Positions 16,505-24,337 of a stretch of 33,835 nt of DNA are shown here, piece by piece. Location of the stretch: NCBI GenBank assembly GCA_001819395.1, contig MHMQ01000015.1, positions 1-33,835 of the forward strand, given 5' to 3'. The position numbers and the translations under genes were made by a program. The notes under the pieces were generated by a model that was not told the DNA's origin, did not search any database, and saw only the letters and a program-made list of their open reading frames with translations. Position 1 is the stretch's first letter. Every line of letters begins with the position of its first letter. The stretch comes from Candidatus Niyogibacteria bacterium RIFCSPLOWO2_01_FULL_45_48 (GTDB lineage Bacteria > Patescibacteriota > Minisyncoccia > HO2-45-28).

Positions 16505-17408
16505 AAACCTTCTTTTCGCCTAAAGCGTATTTTTTGGCCGACCGAACCGCGTCTCTTATTAAAACCCTAGCCCATTTTCCGTCACAGGGAACATGTATCC
16601 TTTGCGCGTGATGCATGAGAAACTGTGTGGAACAACGAATGCAGGAATGAACCGGTTCGGCTTTGACCAAAACCAACCCGTTTTCTGAAATTCCGGCGAC
16701 ATAAAAATCGCATTCCGCTGGATGTATATTTTGGTCTCTGACCGAAACCAGCGCGACCTCCTCGGCATGAGCGCAACACCCTATCATTGATTCGGTGCGG
16801 GATGTAATTTTTTTGCGAATACATTCCGGCTCGCACCAATCCTTAAAACAATCCAGCTTGTGGTTAAAACCCGCGGCAACCTCGCGCCCTTTGCGTCTCG
16901 CAACGCATCCGAATTTTGATTTTTCACAATCAGACTGAAACGCCTGAAGCAAACACCTGCGATAAACCGCGTTTTTAAAAAGAGGATTACATCCGGAAAG
17001 ATCGCGAGCAACCGCGAGCCGCAACATCAGATATCGGGCTTTTACATTCTCTGACTTAAACAATTCTTCCCTTGAGCGTTCGGAGACATTGCCCGAATTT
17101 TGCAAAAGCTGCTGGACCTCAAAGTAATCTTGAGAGAACTGCGAGGCAGAAAAATCAATCCTTTTTCCGCCAATCTCATTGAAATAATGCGAGCGAACAC
17201 CGGCTATTCTTGGATTAGCGGATTTTGATAAATCAAGCCGGATTATTTTCCCGCCGAAAAAATCCTGAACCACAAGCGCAGTCGGAACACACTGTCCTCC
17301 CGCGGGATTTTCTTTTGACCACTTGTTGGGCTCATTACAAGTGTCTTTGCACCAAGACCTTTCAATCGCGCCTCTTAAAATTCCGGCGTCAATTCTGTTT
17401 TGCGTCAC
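16503..17408 (-). CDS. Two-domain protein: N-terminal domain of unknown function (aa 1-170, with GGQCVPTALVV and SHYFNEIGG motifs) fused to a C-terminal dCMP/cytidine deaminase-like zinc domain
   Basis: GCVARRKGREVAAGFNH (deaminase beta1-beta2). Cys-rich insert KLDCFKDWCEPEC as in dCMP deaminases. Zinc ligands CAHAEE (HxE) and HSCIRCS (CxxC). Confidence 0.65.
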   Translation of the reverse strand: MTQNRIDAGILRGAIERSWCKDTCNEPNKWSKENPAGGQCVPTALVVQDFFGGKIIRLDLSKSANPRIAGVRSHYFNEIGGKRIDFSASQFSQDYFEVQQLLQNSGNVSERSREELFKSENVKARYLMLRLAVARDLSGCNPLFKNAVYRRCLLQAFQSDCEKSKFGCVARRKGREVAAGFNHKLDCFKDWCEPECIRKKITSRTESMIGCCAHAEEVALVSVRDQNIHPAECDFYVAGISENGLVLVKAEPVHSCIRCSTQFLMHHAQRIHVPCDGKWARVLIRDAVRSAKKYALGEKKV

Positions 17409-17423
17409 CGGTCAGCCCTCCGT

Positions 17424-17936
17424 TTAAAGAAATCTTCCGTGGTAAGTATAAACCAGCAAAACTATTATGGCAACGATCAAAATCTGCAAAGTTATCCCGA
17501 AAGCGGGCATATTCCTTAATTTCAAGTACGGCGAGTGAATCCACTCATGGAATTTTTGCAAATATACAATGGGACCTCGGCGCACACGGCCATATACAAA
17601 CTGCAAAGCGTCCGGCGTAACGCCTCCAACAGCGCCCGCCAAAACGGCAAAAGCGGACTGGGGCGAATAAAATAAAGCAAGCGATAAAATTATTCCGAGC
17701 GAAAAATCGCTCCCTATTCTTAAAATGTCCGCAAAAAAGGTTCTATCAAAAACTAAATTTGCCGCGACCGTGGGATCAATCGAGCCGGACTTTATTTCAT
17801 ATTCCCAATGAGGAATAGCATCCAAAATAAAGTGGAGCACGAACCCCGCGAAAAATCCCGAAATGGGACGCGCCGGATTCAAACTTGCGACAGCCGCGCC
17901 CGCTATGGCATGAGTGGTAAGAATCATATCAGCCAA
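17424..17936 (-). CDS. Integral membrane protein, possibly DUF457/YdjM-like membrane-bound metal-dependent hydrolase
   Basis: 170 aa, multiple TM helices. HFILDAIPHWEY resembles the YdjM-family HxxxD...H motif. Weak assignment. Confidence 0.45.
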   Translation of the reverse strand: MADMILTTHAIAGAAVASLNPARPISGFFAGFVLHFILDAIPHWEYEIKSGSIDPTVAANLVFDRTFFADILRIGSDFSLGIILSLALFYSPQSAFAVLAGAVGGVTPDALQFVYGRVRRGPIVYLQKFHEWIHSPYLKLRNMPAFGITLQILIVAIIVLLVYTYHGRFL

Positions 17937-17938
17937 TA

Positions 17939-18535
17939 TTAAACCAACTCAAACAAATTTATAACTCCGGAGGCGTAAATAAAGTTAAAAATAAAATTTC
18001 CGGCCAAAATAACCGGCCAAATCCGCCCGAATCTGTAATTCAAAAATCCTAGGGGTACTACCAAAATTTCATTCGGCAAAGGAACAACGGCCGAAAAAAG
18101 AAAAAGCAGAGTCATGGGCGCCCACCAATGGCGCTCTCCGGCGCGCTCAAGCGCGATTATCATTTTTCTTTTATCGTCTATGACCTCGCGGCCAAGGCGC
18201 CCAATAACATATGTAAAGGAATCCGCGAGCGTTACACCTATGGTAATTAAAATTATCGTTGACCAGAAGTTCAGGCCCGATTCCAGAAAAAGAGGCAAAA
18301 AGGCAATCGCAGGCACGGGAACGGCAAGATTGAAGCCGGAAATAACCGCGACCGCAAAAATGCCATAATATCCGTAGTCATATACCAGCTCGGCAACCAT
18401 TTCGTTTTCGCGCGAAACTTGAGCGAAATAAAAAGCAGTCGCCAAAATCGCAACCAAAACCGCAAGCTTCAAAATAATTTTAAGGGATTTTCTGGCCATT
18501 TGGTTAATTGTAGCGTCTTTTAAAAAACTTGACAA
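17939..18535 (-). CDS. DedA/VTT-domain family membrane protein
   Basis: YDYGYYGIFAVAVISGFNLAVPVP resembles the DedA core. 198 aa, multi-TM. Confidence 0.6.
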   Translation of the reverse strand: MSSFLKDATINQMARKSLKIILKLAVLVAILATAFYFAQVSRENEMVAELVYDYGYYGIFAVAVISGFNLAVPVPAIAFLPLFLESGLNFWSTIILITIGVTLADSFTYVIGRLGREVIDDKRKMIIALERAGERHWWAPMTLLFLFSAVVPLPNEILVVPLGFLNYRFGRIWPVILAGNFIFNFIYASGVINLFELV

Positions 18536-18620
18536 GATTACCCACGATGTGACATAAGACCATTAGGCAGTACTCTCAAAAGGGCCCTGAATTGGGCCCA
18601 CAAAAAGAAGGGGGCGCAAC

Positions 18621-19148
18621 ATGTTCATGCTCGGAACTGCCGTATTTGCTTTTGTTTGTGCCGCAATGTGTTTTTCCAGATACAATACATTAAAGAATGA
18701 GGGCAGCAAAACAGATTACGACACTGGCGGAGGCATACTCGCCATGATCGGCATGATTTTTGTTCTTCTTGCTTTCATTTTTACCGGCGCTGAGTATTAC
18801 TATCAGCTTTCTGACATTGAAAACATCAAGAAATTTCAGGAAATTGAGAGCGTTTACAAGAAAAAGGCCGACGACCTAAGCGCTGAATTTGCCGGCTATC
18901 TCGCTCAAAAATACCCCGAACACGAAAAAAAGATATTTGACAAGATCGGACCGGAAAATGTCCAGATCTACCTTGTGAAATATCCGGAAATCCGCGCCTC
19001 GGAAACCATCATGAAGCTGGTGGAACATATCAATAAACTGCAGTCCGATGTGTACGACCAGCAAGTGAAAATGGCGGGGGCAAGAAAGAGCATCCGCCTC
19101 CGTTTGAGAAACCCGTGGATCCTTAACTTCGTACTCCCGAAAGAGTAG
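18621..19148 (+). CDS. Hypothetical membrane protein (175 aa, two N-terminal TM helices plus charged C-terminal domain)
   Basis: Track ORF. No family recognised. Confidence 0.5.
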   Translation: MFMLGTAVFAFVCAAMCFSRYNTLKNEGSKTDYDTGGGILAMIGMIFVLLAFIFTGAEYYYQLSDIENIKKFQEIESVYKKKADDLSAEFAGYLAQKYPEHEKKIFDKIGPENVQIYLVKYPEIRASETIMKLVEHINKLQSDVYDQQVKMAGARKSIRLRLRNPWILNFVLPKE

Positions 19149-19166
19149 GCCGAAAAGCCAAAATTG

Positions 19167-19197
19167 TCCCCGCGCGTCCGCCGGGGATTTTTTATTT
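19167..19197 (+). terminator. Intrinsic terminator (TCCCCGCGCG-tc-CGCCGGGGA + TTTTTTATTT)
   Basis: GC-rich hairpin followed by a T-run directly after the CDS 18621-19148 stop. Confidence 0.75.
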
Positions 19198-19241
19198 GCT
19201 AGCGACTTTCCGGCCATTTACCAAAGCACTTTTTTGGGTAC

Positions 19242-19270
19242 TTGACAACACCGTCTTTGTGATATATAAT
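19242..19270 (+). promoter_or_regulatory. Perfect consensus sigma70 promoter TTGACA (19242-19247), 17-bp spacer, TATAAT (19265-19270). Predicted TSS near 19277.
   Basis: Both hexamers and the spacing match consensus exactly. Confidence 0.7.
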
Positions 19271-19276
19271 GGAAAA

Positions 19277-19650
19277 ACGCTTCGGAGTCGTTCTTTACAC
19301 CCATTCGTATAACTCATAAGGGGGAGCTATATGCACCCGCCGTAGATAGGGCAACATTGCCGGTTTTGTCCGCGGGCGCTACATAGCCGGCAATCTCTCC
19401 AGGCGCCCATTTTTGCCGGGGCCCAAGGCCCAACTCGCCACGGCAGATGCGCAAACCCCCGTCCACGCATGGCGCGGTTGCGGTCTGCCACAGCTTCAAG
19501 GAGGCTGTCCATGCATCCGCCCTAGCTCCCGTCATTTTTCTTGGGAACACGAGGAGTACAGGAAAACCACCGAACACCCGACCGGCTCCATGCCGGCCAA
19601 CACCAGCCTCTGGCTGGCCTAGCCCCCTCTCGCGCGGAGGGGGCTTTTTA
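19277..19650 (+). ncRNA. Candidate structured non-coding RNA of unknown family (~370 nt, GC-rich), bracketed by a consensus promoter and an intrinsic terminator (AGCCCCCTC-tcgcgcg-GAGGGGGCT-TTTTT at 19621-19649)
   Basis: GC is about two-thirds in the core, against roughly 45 percent in flanking DNA. Only short low-complexity ORFs without RBS. Several local helices: 19356-19363/19387-19394, 19419-19431, 19582-19596, 19603-19617. No RNase P, tmRNA, SRP or 6S landmark motifs were found by eye. Confidence 0.5.
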
Positions 19651-19651
19651 A

Positions 19652-19679
19652 TTGAAAAAATCGAATTTTAATCTATAAT
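19652..19679 (+). promoter_or_regulatory. Promoter for tRNA-Gln: TTGAAA (19652-19657), 16 bp, TATAAT (19674-19679)
   Basis: The -10 hexamer ends 9 nt upstream of tRNA nucleotide 1. Confidence 0.55.
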
Positions 19680-19688
19680 TTCAAATAT

Positions 19689-19759
19689 TGCGGGGTCATC
19701 TAGCGGTAGGATGCGACTCTCTGAAAGTCGTCACCTTGGTTCGAATCCAAGCCCCGCAG
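19689..19759 (+). tRNA. tRNA-Gln (anticodon CUG), 71 nt, no encoded CCA
   Basis: Manual cloverleaf. Acceptor UGCGGGG/CCCCGCA with U1:A72 and G73 discriminator (Gln identity). D-arm AUC/GAU. Anticodon stem CGACU/AGUCG with loop CUCUGAA. T-arm CUUGG-UUCGAAU-CCAAG. Confidence 0.85.
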
Positions 19760-19763
19760 CAGC

Positions 19764-19799
19764 GAATGTTTCCCAAATTTTAATTTGGTTGAAACATTC
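19764..19799 (+). terminator. Hairpin after tRNA-Gln (GAATGTTTC-CCAAATT-tt-AATTTGG-tt-GAAACATTC). Probable terminator of the tRNA transcript.
   Basis: Long imperfect inverted repeat starting 5 nt after the tRNA 3' end. Confidence 0.45.
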
Positions 19800-19869
19800 A
19801 GCTTCCCGAGGCGTTAGCCGAGGGACAACATAACGCACCAGCGCGAGGGAATACCTAAATTTTTTATTC

Positions 19870-20112
19870 ATGCCCCATTTTATTTACATCCTGGAATGCG
19901 CCGATAAATCTCTTTATATCGGCTGTACAAATAATTTAGAAAAACGTTTAAAAGAACACGGCGAATCAAAGCGGGGGGCGCACTACACCAAAATCCGCCG
20001 CCCGATAATTTTAAAATATTCGGAAGAACATAAAACATTGGCCGGGGCTCGAAAACGCGAATCCCAACTCAAAAGTTGGACTCGCAAAAAGAAACTAAAT
20101 TTAATAAATTAA
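19870..20112 (+). CDS. Small GIY-YIG nuclease-domain protein (YhbQ/UPF0213-like), 80 aa
   Basis: FIYILECADKSLYIGCTNNLEKRLKEH matches the GIY-YIG motif, with the conserved Arg and Glu downstream. Confidence 0.75.
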   Translation: MPHFIYILECADKSLYIGCTNNLEKRLKEHGESKRGAHYTKIRRPIILKYSEEHKTLAGARKRESQLKSWTRKKKLNLIN

Positions 20113-20156
20113 ATCCCATCTCGCAAAAAGCGTGATTTTGCGCTAAAATTTTTGTT

Positions 20157-20954
20157 ATGCACAAATATCTGGCTCTTATTCGGGCAAATTGGCAGCGAGC
20201 GCTCACATACAGGTCCACAATCCTTGGATATCGGGTCGGAGAGATCGCCGAAATGCTTTTCATTTTGGTATTGTGGACATCGGTTTACAGCGCGAGCGGA
20301 GAGAATGTGCTTCGCGGATTTACACTGCGGGAAATGATTACCTATTTTCTAATCGGCAATCTTTTCAACATGGTCGTCCGGAGCTTTGCGTCCGAGCGTA
20401 TCGCGAACGACATTAAGCACGGAAGGCTTTCAACCTACCTTGTGCGCCCAATAAGCTATCTTGCCGCAAATTTTATGCGGCAATTCGCGAGTTTGGCAAC
20501 GCTCATATCTGTTATAACCCAGCTTATTCTCATAACGCTGTTTTTCCTCCCCGTGATAATTTTTAATACCGACGCCCTGTATCTGGGAATAATCGCGCTT
20601 ATGGCAATTTTTGCGTTCGTGATTGAATTTATGATTTCGTATCTCGTCGGCCTTATCGCGTTTTGGACGGACGAAACAGACGGGATATCTTCAAGCATTG
20701 ACCGCATTAAGCGCATTTTTTCCGGCGGGCTTTTTCCGATATCTTTTTTGCCGGAGGTATTCGCGCAGATAAGTTTTTTGCTTCCGTTCGGATATTCGCT
20801 CTTCGTTCCGGCACAGCTTTATCTTAAAAAAATGGATATTTCCACAGGTCTGTACGGTATTTTCGTGCAGGCGGTTTGGATAGTGATACTTTACGGAATC
20901 ATCGCGTTTGTGTGGAAGCGCGGGCTTAAACGTTACGAAAGTGTCGGTATTTAA
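20157..20954 (+). CDS. ABC transporter permease (ABC-2-like, 6 TM)
   Basis: 265 aa multi-TM protein immediately upstream of an ABC ATPase. Confidence 0.65.
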   Translation: MHKYLALIRANWQRALTYRSTILGYRVGEIAEMLFILVLWTSVYSASGENVLRGFTLREMITYFLIGNLFNMVVRSFASERIANDIKHGRLSTYLVRPISYLAANFMRQFASLATLISVITQLILITLFFLPVIIFNTDALYLGIIALMAIFAFVIEFMISYLVGLIAFWTDETDGISSSIDRIKRIFSGGLFPISFLPEVFAQISFLLPFGYSLFVPAQLYLKKMDISTGLYGIFVQAVWIVILYGIIAFVWKRGLKRYESVGI

Positions 20955-20969
20955 TTTGATATATACGTT

Positions 20970-21953
20970 ATGTCCATAATCGAAGTTCATAATCTGTCGC
21001 GCACATATAAGTTTTACCGAAAAGAGCCCGGATTTGTCGGTTCGATGAAATCTTTTTTTGCGCGCAACATTGAGCACGCGCGGGCGGTTGACGGCATTTC
21101 ATTTTCCATGGAAGAGGGCGAGCTGGTCGGATTTCTCGGGCCGAATGGCGCTGGCAAAACAACGACCCTGAAAATGCTCACGGGGCTGATCGAGCCCACA
21201 AGCGGTACAGCATCCGTGCTGGGCCATATACCGCATCGCCGGGAGAAACAATACCAAAAACAGTTTTCGCTTGTAATGGGACAAAAAAATCAGCTTTGGG
21301 AAGACCTTCCGGCTTATGACGCGTTTTTGCTGAACAAAGCCATTTATGAACTGCCCGACAAAGAATTCAAAGACCAGTTTGAAGAGCTTGTCGAAGTTCT
21401 CGATGTCGGGAAAATTCTTAACGTGCAAACGCGCAAACTGTCATTGGGACAGCGCTTGAAATGCGAATTAATCGCGGCTCTCCTGCATAATCCGAAAGTG
21501 CTGTTTTTAGACGAGCCGACAATCGGACTTGACGTAGTGGCGCAAAAAAACATCCGGGAATTCATTAAAAAATATAATCGGGAACGGAACACGACCGTTC
21601 TTTTGACCTCGCACTACATGGAAGACATAAAAGAGCTTTGCGAGCGCATCATTATCATAAACAAGGGTAAAATTATCTACGACGGTTCCCTTGATAAGCT
21701 CGTTAAAAAATACGCGCCTCACAAACGACTCACGGTTACCTTCAATAAGGAAGGGGTTGGGCGAGAAATATTATCGCGTTTCGGAAAGCTCAAATATCTT
21801 GGTCCGCACAGGTCAATTATCAGCGTGCTCCGAAAAGACGCGCCTTCGGTTGCCGCCTCTTTGCTGTCCGCGGGTCTACCGGTGGATGACATTCTGATTG
21901 ACGAACCGGATGTGAATGAGGTCATACGGCACATTTTTGAAAAAGCATCCTGA
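20970..21953 (+). CDS. ABC transporter ATP-binding protein with ~100-aa C-terminal extension
   Basis: Walker A GPNGAGKTT. Signature LSLGQRLK. Walker B LFLDEPT. H-loop TSHYM. Confidence 0.85.
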   Translation: MSIIEVHNLSRTYKFYRKEPGFVGSMKSFFARNIEHARAVDGISFSMEEGELVGFLGPNGAGKTTTLKMLTGLIEPTSGTASVLGHIPHRREKQYQKQFSLVMGQKNQLWEDLPAYDAFLLNKAIYELPDKEFKDQFEELVEVLDVGKILNVQTRKLSLGQRLKCELIAALLHNPKVLFLDEPTIGLDVVAQKNIREFIKKYNRERNTTVLLTSHYMEDIKELCERIIIINKGKIIYDGSLDKLVKKYAPHKRLTVTFNKEGVGREILSRFGKLKYLGPHRSIISVLRKDAPSVAASLLSAGLPVDDILIDEPDVNEVIRHIFEKAS

Positions 21954-22008
21954 TTCGGCCGGCCGAAAAGTTGGTTTGGTAAAAACTCCGTGCTAAAATT
22001 CTTGTGTT

Positions 22009-22644
22009 ATGGCAAAAAATATTTATTTTATCCGCCACGGGGAAAGCGAGGGCAACGTCAGCGACATACGCCTGCCGGAAACGTCACCCCTAACCGAGCT
22101 TGGACGCAAACAGGCCGAGTACGCAGCGAAACGCGCAGCCAAATTGCCGATTGACGCGATGTTTGCGAGCACTATGGTTCGCGCCCAGGAAACAGCGCGG
22201 ATAATTTCGGAAAAAACCGGTAAAGATTTTGAATCTTTTGAATTTTTCAAAGAGAGGATAATCCCGAGCAGTCATGTCGGTAAGCCAAAAGACGACCCGC
22301 TGGTTGTTGAAGAGAGAGATCACATACAGAAAAATTTTGGAGTACCGGGATTTAAGCATTCCGACGAAGAAACGTTTGACGACTTAAAAAATCGCGCGTC
22401 CGCGACTCTTGATTTTTTGGCCTCGCGACCGGAAGAAAATATTTTGGTTGTCACCCACGGCTGGATTTTGCGCGTCATTCTCTCCTACGTCATATTCGGC
22501 GAGACACTGACCGCGGACGAATGTGATAAAATTTTGGGCGCTTTTCGTACAAATAATACGGGCATCACGCTTCTTAAACACGACGAAACAAAAGAAAAAC
22601 CCTGGAAATTATGGATTTGGAACGACCATGCCCACCTTGGATAA
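22009..22644 (+). CDS. Histidine phosphatase superfamily protein (phosphoglycerate mutase-like branch)
   Basis: N-terminal IYFIRHGESEGN (RHG catalytic motif). Later VVTHG. Confidence 0.8.
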   Translation: MAKNIYFIRHGESEGNVSDIRLPETSPLTELGRKQAEYAAKRAAKLPIDAMFASTMVRAQETARIISEKTGKDFESFEFFKERIIPSSHVGKPKDDPLVVEERDHIQKNFGVPGFKHSDEETFDDLKNRASATLDFLASRPEENILVVTHGWILRVILSYVIFGETLTADECDKILGAFRTNNTGITLLKHDETKEKPWKLWIWNDHAHLG

Positions 22645-22664
22645 ATTTTTGTTAATATAGTTCT

Positions 22665-23174
22665 GTGCTTACCGAGGATCAAATCAAGTATCTTGCAACA
22701 ATACCCGACAATCAAAAGGTGGCAGTAAAGCCATTTAATCCGAGGGGGTTATGTGTTGCTAAGCAAATAATCGCAGACATTAAATCGGTTGAACCCGATT
22801 TAAAAGTTATACTATTGGGTTCTTTGCCACTTGGTATTTCGGGCCAAGAAGACATTGATATAGACGCTTTTTGCATAAAATCCGAACAGCCAAAGCATTT
22901 TGATAACTTTAAGAAGTTATTTGGAGAGCCGTCCAGACGAGGCAAAAACTCGATTGGCTGGGATTTTCAAAAAGAAGGTTTCGGCGTAAGTGTTTGGCTT
23001 ACTGACCCGACTGCCGAAACCACAAAAGCACAAGTTAGAGTTTTTGGTCTGCTTAAAAATAACCCTGATTTATTAAGAGAATACGAGGGAATTAAGGAAA
23101 TGACCAAAAACTTGTCTTACAAAGAATATCAAACAAAAAAATACGAGTTTTATAATAGAATTTTGGGTTTATAA
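22665..23174 (+). CDS. GrpB-family minimal nucleotidyltransferase-fold protein
   Basis: NTase motif GSLPLGISGQEDIDIDAF (GS-x10-DxD). C-terminal FGLLKNNPDLLREYEGIK resembles the GrpB C-terminus. GTG start. Confidence 0.6.
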   Translation: MLTEDQIKYLATIPDNQKVAVKPFNPRGLCVAKQIIADIKSVEPDLKVILLGSLPLGISGQEDIDIDAFCIKSEQPKHFDNFKKLFGEPSRRGKNSIGWDFQKEGFGVSVWLTDPTAETTKAQVRVFGLLKNNPDLLREYEGIKEMTKNLSYKEYQTKKYEFYNRILGL

Positions 23175-23217
23175 AATTTTCCGAAGCAAAGACGCATCAA
23201 AATGCTATAATAAAAAT

Positions 23218-23631
23218 ATGAAAATCACTATTTGCGGGAGCATGAGTTTTGCGAAAGAGATGCTTGACGCCGAAAAAAAGTTAAAAGGGCTCGGTCATAA
23301 TGTTTTTATGCCGGATGGCTGTGAAAAATATGCTCAAGGAAATATTAAGGAGGGGGGCGACGAGGGGGCTAAAAGAAAAATTGAAAATGACCTGATTCGC
23401 AAGCATTATAATCTGATTTCCGAATCGGAGGCCATTTTAGTCCTTAATCACGAAAAAAGGGGTATAAAAAACTACATAGGAGGCAATGCGTTTCTCGAAA
23501 TGGGGTTTGCCCACATTCTCGACAAAAAAATATTTTTACTAAACCCCGCGCCCGAGACCGATTTTATGGCGCAGGAAATCCAGGCAATGCGGCCGGTGGT
23601 GCTTGGCGGTGATTTGAATAAAATTTTATAA
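23218..23631 (+). CDS. Nucleoside 2-deoxyribosyltransferase-like / DNPH1(Rcl)-like Rossmann protein (tentative)
   Basis: MKITICGSMSF... EAILVLN ... NAFLEMGFAHILDKKIFLLN parallels DNPH1 YFCGSIRGG...VVAEV...GVGYELGRAVAFNKRIL. Assignment is by motif resemblance only. Confidence 0.4.
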   Translation: MKITICGSMSFAKEMLDAEKKLKGLGHNVFMPDGCEKYAQGNIKEGGDEGAKRKIENDLIRKHYNLISESEAILVLNHEKRGIKNYIGGNAFLEMGFAHILDKKIFLLNPAPETDFMAQEIQAMRPVVLGGDLNKIL

Positions 23632-23655
23632 AAGTATTGAAATTATTATTACAAT

Positions 23656-23698
23656 CCCTGAGATTTAATCTCAGGGAAACAACCTCAGGGAAACAACC
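23656..23698 (+). repeat. Perfect 9-bp-stem hairpin CCCTGAGAT-tta-ATCTCAGGG (23656-23676), overlapping two tandem copies of TCAGGGAAACAACC (23671-23684, 23685-23698). A third TCAGGG lies at 23721-23726.
   Basis: Read directly. Located between the DNPH1-like gene stop and the downstream membrane-protein gene. Confidence 0.7.
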
Positions 23699-23740
23699 TT
23701 TGCTGATGCGGTTTTTTAGATCAGGGTGCTAAAATAAAAC

Positions 23741-24313
23741 ATGACTCAATATTTTGGCTATCTTTCGGGGATTTTTATTACATGCTCCTTTATTCCCTAT
23801 GTTATCTCTATATTCAGAGGCCAAGCCAAGCCTGAACGCGCGTCGTGGTTCATATGGTCAGCCCTCGGCGGGATAGCGTTTTTCTCGCAGCTCTCAAAGG
23901 GCGCTCGCTATTCTTTGTGGCTCCCTGGCATCCAGACAGTCGGTGATATTTCTATATTCTTGTTTTCTATAAAATACGGAATGGGCGGTGTGTCAAAAAG
24001 AGATAAGTTGGCGTTAAGCATCGCCGGTCTTGGTTTGATTTTGTGGTATATCACGCAAGAGGCGGCAATTGCATTATTTTTCGCTATTTTCATCGATGCC
24101 ATAGGCGCATTTTTGACGATTCTGAAATCATACGAACACCCGACAACGGAGCCGATCATCGCATGGATTTTTACAATGCTCGGCGGTTTTTTTGCCATAT
24201 TTGCTGTGGGTGGTTGGAATTGGACTTTGCTTTCATTCCCAGTTTATACGTTTGTTGCCAACCTATTTATTATTGGCTCAATTAAACTCGGCCAGGCGAG
24301 GAATAATATTTAA
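23741..24313 (+). CDS. Hypothetical integral membrane protein (190 aa, ~6 TM)
   Basis: Track ORF. Hydrophobic throughout. No family recognised. Confidence 0.5.
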   Translation: MTQYFGYLSGIFITCSFIPYVISIFRGQAKPERASWFIWSALGGIAFFSQLSKGARYSLWLPGIQTVGDISIFLFSIKYGMGGVSKRDKLALSIAGLGLILWYITQEAAIALFFAIFIDAIGAFLTILKSYEHPTTEPIIAWIFTMLGGFFAIFAVGGWNWTLLSFPVYTFVANLFIIGSIKLGQARNNI

Positions 24314-24337
24314 AGGAACACGTATTTTGCCTGCTTC

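Noticed and set aside
19277-19650. Identification of the orphan RNA as RNase P RNA, tmRNA, SRP RNA or 6S RNA
   Set aside because: The conserved landmarks were not found: the RNase P CR-I/II/V blocks, the tmRNA 3' T-arm and tag ORF, the SRP domain IV GGAAGCAGCC, and 6S end-to-end pairing. Only an isolated AUAGGGCA octamer resembles RNase P CR-I. I cannot run covariance models, so a divergent known family is not fully excluded.
19314-19671. Track ORFs inside the GC-rich region (19314-19577 -, 19327-19512 -, 19413-19622 +, 19447-19671 +)
   Set aside because: Ala/Gly/Pro/Arg-rich translations are what any GC-rich noncoding sequence produces. There is no RBS. One ORF reads through the terminator hairpin into the tRNA promoter.
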